Shown here piece after piece: positions 1 to 9,800 of a stretch of 64,000 nt of DNA. The stretch covers positions 617,210,001 to 617,274,000 of the forward strand of contig NC_067400.1 in the NCBI RefSeq assembly GCF_016432865.1, given 5' to 3'. Origin of the DNA: Antechinus flavipes (lineage: Eukaryota). The notes under the pieces were generated by a model. The model was not told the origin of the DNA, made no database searches, and was given only the letters and a program-made list of their open reading frames with translations. Position numbers and translations under genes: made by a program. Every line of letters begins with the position of its first letter. Within the stretch, counting starts at the first letter, position 1.

Positions 1-141
1 GATGTCTGGGGTCAGGTAACAGCGGGTCAGCCGTGGGCCTCTGAGAGGCCAGGCCGCACCCCCCCCCAGCCCTCCTCTCTCTAGGAGTCCCTCCTCCTCC
101 CAGAGGTCCCCACCGAGCCCCCGGGGCTCCCCCACACTTAC

Positions 142-2747
142 CCAGCTCATCTGTAGGGGAAAGAGAAGGGAGAGAGAGAGATCAGGGTCCTGGGATCACT
201 GGGCTTGCCAGCACTTCCCCTGGACCTCCCAGCAGATGCCATAATGGAAAAGCTAGAACCTCCCCCCCTCCCCCCGCACAGGGAGCTGGGCCCACAAACT
301 CCAGGCTGTTAAAGACTCAGGTTGGCCAAAGGCCCGCGGGCCCCCGATCCCCTGGGACGGAGCCCTCCTAGAGACCGGGCGGATCTTTCCCCCGCTCCGC
401 GGCACTGCCCCCCCGCCCCATTCCCTCATCTTCACCCCTGGCCCTCCCCCTTTCCCAGCAGCCCACTCAACAGATTTGGAAATGGGTACTCGGTGTGGCA
501 AACCCACCCACCCACGGTCACACGGGGGAAACGGTCAGAGCAGGATTTGAACCCGGGCCCTCCATCTCGGGGGGGGGGGGGGCGGGGATCGGATTCGATC
601 AAAGCCAGTTTATACAATCTCCTCATCTGACATTTGAGGAAACTGAGTCCCAAGCTGGAAAAAAGGGCTTATGTCAAATGGAGACAGCTGCCAGCCTGGG
701 TAACCCCTAAGGTGTGGGCCGCTACCCTCTCCTCCCCGCAGGCAAGGGCCGGGCCCTGGGGTGTCTCCTCCTCCGTGCTTCCCCCGGGGTGTCTCCTCCG
801 TGCTCCCCTGAGGTGTCTCCCCCTCTGTGCTCCCCCTGGGGTGTCTCCTCCGTGCTCCCCCGAGGTGTCTCCCCCTCTGTGCTCCCCTGAGGTGTCTCCC
901 CCTCCGTGCTCCCCCTGGGTTGCCTCTTCCTCCCAGCCCCCTGGGGTGAATCGTCCTCCGTGCTCCTTTGGGCTCCCTCCCCCTCCGTGCTCCCCCCGGG
1001 GTGTCTCCCCCTCCCGGCCTCTTCTCCTCTCGGTTTCTTCTTCCTCTCCCCAGGATCGTGGCCCTTCGGGGCCCCGCCTGGGCACAGACAGACCCTCCCC
1101 GGCTCTGAGAGCTTTCCCGGCTCCCCGAGGTTCTTGGGCCTGCGAGGGAAGGAGCCACATCACAGCCGGAGATAGAAAAAGAGAGGCTGGAGCGGCCGGG
1201 AGGAGGCTGGGCTCTCTCCCCGCTGACGGGAGGCGCTTCCAGGCCCGGGGAGGGGCCGGGGTCAAGGCCATAGAGCCTTGTGTGGGAAAGGACTTGGGGG
1301 TCCCTGAAGCCCAGGCCCCTCAATTTACAGAGGGGGAAACTGAGGCAACCCTCCCAGTCCTCCTGGGCCGATCCCTCCCCGGGAAGGGGCTGTGGGCAGG
1401 GCAGGAGCCCGCCAGGGGAATCCCAGTCCTTTCCCTCCACCTCCCCCTGGCCCAGGGGCTACCTAAGGGTACCTGGCCCGGCCAGGCGCACTTCCTGGTT
1501 CTTGAGTGACCTTTCCCCTCCCCCACCCCGTTAGGGGACAGTTTCCCTTCCAATCAGAAAGACCCGAGAAGGTGAATTCACGGCCCTCCCGCAAAAACCG
1601 AAACCTCAGAAGGTCAGAGCTGGGAGGGCCCCTGGGGCTCAGGAGGTCAGAGGCAGAGGGAACTTGGGACACCAAATGTCAGAGCTGGGAGGCGGTCGAG
1701 TTAGAGTGGGGGGAGGGGGGTCCTCGGGCCGGCCCAGGACGGGCAGCTTGTGCTCCAGGCCCGAAGGTCCCCGGCCCAGGGTCCGAGTTCAAATCCCCGG
1801 CCGGGCACTAACGCCTGTGCACCCCGCTCTCTTCCCCCTCCCGTAAGGACCCTCGGGCTCTGGGCCTGGGAGGGTCTCCTCGGGGGCGCAGCGTGGCAGC
1901 TGGAGCCAGAGACTTTCACAAATGAGGAAACTGAGGTCCAAGCAGGAGCAGGAGTCTGAGAGCCAGGGAGCATTCCCTGGCCACCTGCTGCGTGCCAGAC
2001 CCCGAGCCAAGTGACGGGAAGGGGAGCTGGGGCAGGGAGGCCGGTGTCACCCACCTGTGGGCCTCGAGGTGGGCAGAGCCAGGCCGGGGAGGTCCGTGGG
2101 GCCTGGAAGGAGGGAGATTCTGGGTTCTACTTACTGTCTCCGAGGGGGGCAGGGCCCGACCCTTCTCCCCTCCGTTCCCCAGGCCTGTTTCTTCTTTCCT
2201 CAGGGTCATTCATCCTCTTCGTGGGGGAGGGCTTCCCCTTCATTCTCCCTCACTGCTTCCCCCCCATCTCTGCTCCCCCTGCCCCTCATCCCTGCCCAGC
2301 CCAGGGTCTTTAACTTCCCTCCCCCCTCATTCTCCCTCACTGCTCCCCCCACCCCTCATCCCTGCCTGGAAGGGGAGGCTCTTTAACTTCCCAGGCCCCT
2401 CTGTCCTGACCCTTCCCCTCTGGCCAGGGAGGGTCCCCTCCCCTTTCATTCTCCCTCACTGCTCCCCCGCCCCTCATCCCTGCCTGGAAGGGGAGGCTCT
2501 TTAACTTCCCAGCCCCCTCTGTCCTGACCCTTCCTCTCTCTGGGTCCCCTACCGCTGTCTGCCCCCCACCCTGCTCCCTTCCCTTCCCGGTCTGTGTCCC
2601 CCAATCTCTCTGCCCCCACCCGCCTCTCCCGATCTCCGTCCCCGGCCGGGAGCCGTGGGGACTCTCACCCATGGCGGCCAGCCCGGAGGAGGCGGCCACG
2701 GTAGGGGCAGCGGGGGCCGGGCGGGCCGGACGGCCGCTCCTCCGCAT
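142..2747 (-). CDS. RELB: NF-kB subunit RelB, 5' part (exons 1-3; gene continues off the left edge)
   Basis: Exon 1 CDS 2747-2669 (MRRSGRPARPAPAAPTVAASSGLAAM-G), exon 2 2102-2055 (48 nt, GPTDLPGLALPTSRPT-D), exon 3 150-142 (9 nt, D-E-L-E). All introns GT-AG, phases consistent, matching human RELB GSPDLSSLSLAVSRSTD/ELE. Syntenic position downstream of CLPTM1. Confidence 0.88.
760..1015. repeat. Degenerate ~27-bp tandem repeat in RELB intron 2
   Basis: Repeated GGTGTCTCCCCTCYGTGCTCCCCYGRG-like units visible by eye. Confidence 0.7.
2230..2540. repeat. ~118-bp local tandem duplication (2 full copies plus 1 partial) in RELB intron 1
   Basis: CATTCTCCCTCACTGCTCCCCC...CCTGGAAGGGGAGGCTCTTTAACTTCCCAG...CTGTCCTGACCCTTCC at ~2327 and ~2446; partial copy at ~2240. 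Confidence 0.75.
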
Positions 2748-2889
2748 GGCAGGGGCCCGAGGCCCGGGGGCGCAGGGCGCGCTGAGCCGGACGGGCTCCC
2801 CGCGGGCCGCAGCAGATCCGAGCCGGAGTCGGAGCCGGGCCGGGCCGCGGGGGGCGGGGGAGGCAGCGAGAGGCCGGGGGCGGGGCCGC

Positions 2890-2986
2890 GGAATTCCCCG
2901 GCGCCGCGAAGCCCGCCTCCCCCATTGGCCTGGTCTGGCCCGTGACGTCACGGAGGGTGGAGCGGGAAACCCCCGCGCAACACGTG
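2890..2986 (-). promoter_or_regulatory. RELB proximal promoter: two kB sites, CCAAT box, CRE, E-box
   Basis: GGGGAATTCC (2890-2899, minus), CCAAT (2924-2928, minus), TGACGTCA (2943-2950), GGGGTTTCCC (2964-2973, minus), GTCACGTG (2981-2988, minus), in a CpG-rich tract 140-240 nt upstream of the ATG. Confidence 0.75.
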
Positions 2987-3517
2987 ACCTCAGGCCAGCC
3001 GCCTGGGCCCGGGGGTGGGGCCGATCGGGAAGAAGGGGAGGAGCCTGGCCCCAGGGTTCCCGGCGTGGGGGATGACACCCCCCACCCCACTTTGGTCGGG
3101 GGAAATTTGAACCCAAGTCCCGATATCCTTGTCGATCTTCCCTCTCTACAGTTGCTTTTAGAAAGCGGTTTGGGGAGAGGGGCAATTTGGAAAGGTCCCG
3201 CAGGCCCCGGGATGTGTCAGCCCCGGGAGCTGACAGCTGAAAATTGCGGGGGACACGGAGACCCCGGGGAGACGATGCGGGAGGCAGCCCAGGATTTGGG
3301 GCGGATGCAGCCTGGGTAGATTCCGCCGGCCAGGAACCGGGACCTCTGGGGGGCGGGGGCTCAGCAGTTTATACCCCTCCCCCCAGAGGCCAAGCTCAGT
3401 GGGCCCCGGGCAGCCAGAAGCACAGGGGGAGGGCTCGGGGAGCTGTCCAGCAGCGGGACCGGCCGCGGGCACAAGCACAAGGAGGTGCCCCGAGTAAGTT
3501 AAACACCCACATATGAA

Positions 3518-3523
3518 TTTATT
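3518..3523 (-). terminator. CLPTM1 polyadenylation signal AATAAA
   Basis: TTTATT on the plus strand ~340 nt past the CLPTM1 stop. Confidence 0.75.
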
Positions 3524-3861
3524 AAATCCAGAGTCTGTGTCGGGGGAGGAGGGGCGTGGGAAGGGATGAGAGATGGATGTGGGGTTCGCAGGAGAGCTCC
3601 GGGGCCGCGGCCCCCTCCCACCCCGCCTCCCCGCCATGATGCAATGGCTTACAATGATTACGGATGGCGCTGGAACTGACGTAGGGACAGACAGGCAGGG
3701 CCGCCCCTGCTCCCGCCCCCCCCTCGGCCTTCTCCCCCCCATCACGTCGGGGGCGTCCCCCTGACCCCTCCCCGTCTGTCCAGGGCAGGGGGACGGGGTC
3801 ACAGTGAGCTGGGGTGGGAGATGGGAAGCATGTCGTGGCCAGGGCAACCAGGGGTAAGAGG

Positions 3862-6800
3862 CTAATCCTTCTTCTTGTCCTCTGCCGGCTTGGGGGCGGG
3901 CCCCTGGTCCTGGCCAGGGAGGGGGCCATCCCCACTGGGGGCTGCGGGCGGCGTCAGGGCCGCCCCCGCCGTCTGCGCCTCCCCGCTCATGCCGAACTCG
4001 TTGACCCGCGTGGGATCCACCCGGTATATCCACCGCTGATAAAGGTAGATGAAGAAGACCACGTCTGGAAGAGCAGAGAGAGCGGTGAGGGCCGGCCTCG
4101 GCCTCCCCGGGGCACCTTCCTCGGGCCCCGGCCCCTCTGGGCCTCCCCACTCAGGACTTCACGAGGACCAGAAGGCAGGGACCTTCCCAGGCCAGTCCCC
4201 ACTTCCCCCTTGGACACAAGGTCCCACAGCCAGGATTTGCCTCCCAAGGATGTGCTGGAGCCGCTCCCAGACCCAACTGGGCCTGAGAGTTGGGGTCCCG
4301 GGGTCCCAGTGCCCTAGGAGCCACCGGCCGCCCCTTGTCCTAGTCGCGCCCCCCCCCCCCCGCCCCAGGCGGCCCCGGCACATAGTGGGGCTGCAGGCAG
4401 GGCTCACCATCTCGGAGACAGCCAATCCGGTACATCACGGGCATCTTGATGACGAAGGCAAACAAGTCGTCGATGAAGGTGTTGAGGGCCTTGTAGGTCA
4501 GCATGCGCCAGGGCAGGTGAGCCACGGACTTGAGCTTGTAGTTGATGAAGAGCTGGGGCGTCATGGTGATGAAGCCTGGGGAGGCCGGAAGGGAGCGGGT
4601 GAAAGCCACGCCCGCCGAAGGGCCTCGGGCCCCCCACCGGGGCTCCCCGCCACGCTGGCCCCACAAGGCCTCTGGCCGCCTGGTGGCTGCCCGGTCCCGA
4701 TGGAGCACCGAGCTTGGGGGACAGCTCAGGGCAGCGGGAGCATTTGCTGTCCAGGTGTCTGACCCGCAAGCAGCACCCCTGTTCCCACACTGGGGGGTGG
4801 ACACACGGTCGGGAGGGACCCACAGTCTCCCCCTTCTCCCTCAGCCGGGACCCCTGGGTCCGCATCTCCAGCACGGCCCACCCTCCCGGGCTGGGGGCCT
4901 CGGGGCAGGGAAGTCTGCAGCAGCTGGGCCCGGTCCTGGTGGGGCCTCAGCCCCCCTCCCCCCGTCACCAGCCCTAAGCTATCCCAGTGCAAACAGGGCT
5001 GAGGGGGTTGGGGAGCCGTCGGGCCCCCTCAGAGCTCTGTCCATGTGCCATGTGCCCAAGCCCAGGAAAGTCGGGGGCCCCAGTGCGGTCAGCACGGCCC
5101 GTCCAGCCGCTTCCTGCTGGCAGGAGGGCACTCGGCCCTGAGGAAGGGGCTCACCGAAGGTCAGCAGGAAGCCATAGAGCATGCTGAGCACCCACGAGTA
5201 CCAGCCCTTGTGCTCCATGTACAGGAGGCTGTAGACAGCGTAGCAGCCCAGCAGGGGGAACAGGATCCAGGACAGGTACCTGAACGCCATCTGGGGGGGG
5301 GACGAGGGGGGTCGGCTCACTCCGGCCCCTCCCTCCCCTTCCACCCTGGCTCCCAGGCTGGCTCCCCACCCATGGGACTTCCCAGGTGACACAGGACTTT
5401 GAGCTTCTTGGCAGGCGTCGGGGTGTGCACGTGGCCGCGGGGCACATGGCGGCGCTCCCTCCCTCCGTAGTTCTCCAGGGGTCACAGCCCCCCCCTTCCC
5501 TGATATCCTTCAGCATCCAGGGCTTGCCCGCCCCCCCCCCCCCCGGCCCTGCCCCCTGCGCTCACATCATCATAAACTTTGGTGGAGGACTCGATGTACG
5601 TGGACTTGTCCTTGAAGGTCAGGCGGGGGAACACACCGGCCACCTTGTTCTCTCGGTCCAGCTAGAGGGGAAAGGAGAGTGGGCGAGGGAGGAAGGCCCT
5701 TCCCCGCAAGGAGCACGCCGATGCCCCTTTATTCCCCAAGCCCCAAGGGGCTCCTCCTGTCTCAGAAAATCCCCAATACAAATTCCCCGATCCTTATGGG
5801 AGTGCAGCCCTGGAAACTCCCTGGTCCTGCCCTGGGAGCCGGGACAAAGGGGTCTGCACTCACCCAGTGGGGGGGCTGGGGGTCAGGAGCCTGCTCTCCC
5901 CAGGGGGGCTGGGGTCTGCACTCACCCAGTGGGGGGGCTGGGGGGTCAGTGCCGTCCCAGCAGAGTGGGACCCTTACCCGAACATCCATGACCTTGGTTA
6001 TCTTCCACAGGTCGATCAGAACACCAATGAAGACGCTGACCTGGACCACAAAGTTGGTCTCATTGTCCAGGATGTAGAGAAGGACCACGAGCGACTGGAA
6101 CACGCCAAAGAAGACCGAGCGGACCGAGAGACCCTCCAGGGACTGCCGGCTGTTCCAGAACTGGATGTCTGTAAGCCCGAGGGGAGGAGGGGGTTGGGGG
6201 AAGGAAGCCATAGACGAGGGGGCTCCGAGGAGCAGGGCTGTCTGGGCGCCCCCTTGGCCGGCCTCTGCCCGGAGCCGGGGCGCCCCCTGGTGCCGGGACC
6301 CTCTCTTCGGTCCCAGAGCCTGGAGTTCCCCTTGGCCCTGCTCGGGCTCCCCTGGCCCGTTCCCTAATCCCCTGAAGCCGGGGTGGGGGCAGGGTGGGGC
6401 TTCCCTGGCCTCTGCCTGGAAGGGCCCGCCTGTCACCCCACCCTTCCCCAGTCCCTTTCCCAGGCTGCCCCGCAGTCAGAAATGGTGCCATCCAGCCTCC
6501 ACCAGCCTGGGAGCCAGCGCGCTGAGAAATGGGGCGGGAGGAAAGGGCGGCACCTCTCCCCCCCCCCCCCCCCCCCCCCCCCCCGGTCACAGCGGGCAGG
6601 GGCCCTCGAGGCTGGGCGGCCCCTCCCCCAGCACCGAGAGCGGCCCCTACCGTTCTTGAATGCCAGGAACTCGAAGACGCTGTGGACGATGGAGACGATG
6701 ATGGTGAGGGCCAGGAGGTAGGGGTTGGTCTCCAGCAGGGCCACCTAGAACGGGCGGAGCAGGCAGGGTCCCAGTGAGCCCGGGAAGTTAAGAGATGAGG

Positions 6801-9800
6801 GATGAGGAGAAGAGGGGCAGGGGGCCGCCCTCGCGCCCCCCGGGCCCAGTCCTCCAAGTGGCGGCACCGAGGACCCCAAGCTCAGGGATCAGGGTGGGAG
6901 GGAGGAGACCAGCCCCCGAGTGCCGAGCGCCCCCTAAGTCTGCTCTCGTTTCTCTCCACAGGACCCCCGGGGAGGGGGAGGGGCCGAGGCGCGCAGGACT
7001 CGCACTCGGGCCCGGGACGGGGCCGGGCGTCACCTTGACCGAGTCCTGCTCCTCGTCCGACTGCTCGTACAGGTCTTCGCCCAGGAAGTTCCAGGGGGAG
7101 CGGGTGCTCTGGGCCGCGTAGAGCTGCCAGCGCCACAGGGACAGGGGGCAGAAGGAGAGGCGCAGCGGCAGGCTGGCCAGCGTCTCGTTGATGGGGTAGT
7201 AGTCCCTCTGCAGGTTCCAGTAGTCGTTGAAGTAGATGATGGGGTAGTAGTCCCCGCTGACCGCGTCGAACTGCACGTCTGCGGGGGGCGGGGAGAGGGG
7301 GCTCAGGGCCCGAAGAGCGAGGGGAGCCCGCGGGGAGGGGGAGGGGTGGCCACCACAGCGTGCGGGCCCCAGGCTGCGCCCACACAAGGGCCGGCAGAGG
7401 CGGCCATCCTGGGGCCCTTCCCCAAGGCAGCACCCGCATCTCCTGGGCCCCGGGGTCAGCGCTCGCTACACAAGACCCCCCGGCCCTCCAGGGAGTCAGG
7501 ACCCAGAAGCGGGAGGGGGGGGCTTACACTGGTCCAGTGGCGGAGGGACGCTGCCCTTCACCCAGGGCGTGTGGTCGTCCACAATGTTGATGGTGAGGTT
7601 CGGGTGCCAGTGGGAGATGACCTCCACCGGGCCAAAGTCTTCTGCTCGCTGCGGGGGCAAGAGCACTGGCACGTGAGCCTGAGGGGGCCCCGCCTGTGCC
7701 CAGAACTCCCGCCCATGCCCCCACGTGCCGCCTGCGAAGCAGCACGGACCGCTCGGAGACCGCCACGCCTCCCTTCCTGCTCTCCAGGGCTCAGGGCCCG
7801 CGAGTGTCAGAACCGGGAGCCGAGCCCTCTGCTGCGGGGGGAACGGAACGCGCCTCGCCGCCCCCAGGGCCTCCCCTGCCGCGATGCCCCCCACGCCCAG
7901 CAGCGCGACCTTCCAAGCCTCTCCTGGAGCCCCCGATTCCGGGTCACCAGGTCACCGTCTAGGCAGGCGACTGACTCTTCCTCCCTCATGCCCCTCAAAT
8001 GCGCCCCTGCCTTTCCCTGTCCCTCTCCCCGCCCCGGCCTCCGAGGCAGCCGCGGCCTTTCTCCGTCACAACTGGGTCCCCGGGCAGGGAGAACATCCAG
8101 GCCTGGTGGGGGAGGGCCCCGGCCAAGGAGAGAAGGGGCTCCGAGGGAGAGGCTGTGGAGGGGGCTGCAGACGAGCCGGTCTCAGCAGTGGGTGGTGGGA
8201 GTAAGGGGGCCGAGGGCCCTCCCTCCGGGCAGCGCGCCCCTCAGCCGGTCCCGTGGTCTGTGCTGGGCCCGGTTCTCCCTCCTCTCTCTAGGTTCCCCTG
8301 ACTGGAGCCATGATCCTGGGATCTAGTTCTCTCGGCCTCCTCATGGTTCGCCTCCCCCCCTTAGCCTTCCCTGGGGCTCCCCGTCTCTCCGCGCCACCTC
8401 AGGAGCTGCTTCCCCTGGGAGCGGAGGTCTCTGAGAGGCTTCAGCTGCACTGAGCTTTCTCCCATCACTGGCCAACCCTAAGTGCTAGCCCCCTCCCCAC
8501 CTCCATACTCCCTGTGACACCTGTCCTGAGCCCCCGCCTCCCCACCGCCTGTGACTGACAGCTGTCCCGAGCCCCCCCTCCCCCCCACTGCCTGTGACTG
8601 ACAGCTGTCCCGAGCGCCCCCTCCCCCCCACTGCCTGTGACTGACAGCTGTCCCGAGCGCCCCCTCCCCCCCAGTGCCTGTGACTGACAGCTGTCCCGAG
8701 CGCCCCCTCCCCCCCACTGCCTGTGACTGACAGCTGTCCCGAGCGCCCCCTCCCCCCCAGTGCCTGTGACTGACAGCTGTCTCGAGTGCCCCCTCCCCCC
8801 CACTGCCTGTGACTGACAGCTGTCCCGAGCGCCCCCTCCCCCCCACTGCCTGTGACTGACAGCTGTCCTGAGCGCCCCCTCCCCCCCACTGCCTGTGACT
8901 GACAGCTGTCCCGAGCGCCCCCTCCCCCCCACTGCCTGTGACTGACAGCTGTCCCAGGTCCTGATCCATTCCTCCCACTCGCACCCTGAAAGCTACTCGT
9001 CCCCTGCCACGGGAGCACGGAGCAATGGCGGACGCCTGCATCCTGGCACACGGGGCTTTCTTCTGCTTCTCCGCAGGGACTTTGAGTTTTAAACGTCTTT
9101 CATTGGAACCCGGCTCCCCGGGGCGTCTTCCCCTCTCCCCTTCCTCCCCAGGCCCGGGGCTCTCCTTACGAGCTCACACGTGACCCCACTGGGAGACCCG
9201 CGGGCCCCCTTCCTTCCCGGGGTTCTGCGAGCACTCCTCTGGCTGCGGGAGAGGCTGACGCGGACTTCCTCCGCCGCTCCCTCGAGAACCTCCCCACGCC
9301 CCGGGACCACCCAGGGCAGCGCCAGGAGGGCCTTGGAACAAGGGAGCCCGGCCCCCCGGGAACGTCCGCCTTCCCCAATTACCTTGATCATCTCTGGGTC
9401 TGCTTCCGTCTCGCCCGTCAGCAGGTTCTTGGTCTTCTGAAATCGCCTTCGTTTATACTTGTTGATCACTGCAGAGGAGGGTGGGGGAGGGAGAGACTGT
9501 GAGTGACCCCCCCAGCAGCCTGTCCCCCTCCCTGCCCAGCTCTGGTCCCGTCTCCCTGGTTCTAGGGGGCCAGTGCTCCCCGGCCCGCTGCCTGCGAGGT
9601 CCCCGTGGCGACCCCAGGCCCACCTCTGCGCCCAGGCTCCCGGGGCCGCCTCCGCCGGCCCGCCCTCAGGGGAGCAGAGGAGGCTGCAGAAGCTCTAGCC
9701 CCCACCCCCTCCTCCCATCACGGGCCAGTTCTCCCACTGCCCCGGCAGCCTCCTCACACTGACCGGCCCACTTCCCCCTCCCCAGCCCCCCTCCCTGAGG

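Noticed and set aside
8510-8955. CRISPR-like appearance of the regular repeats (also 46536-47123, 56790-57445)
   Set aside because: Head-to-tail units with no unique spacers, inside eukaryotic introns.
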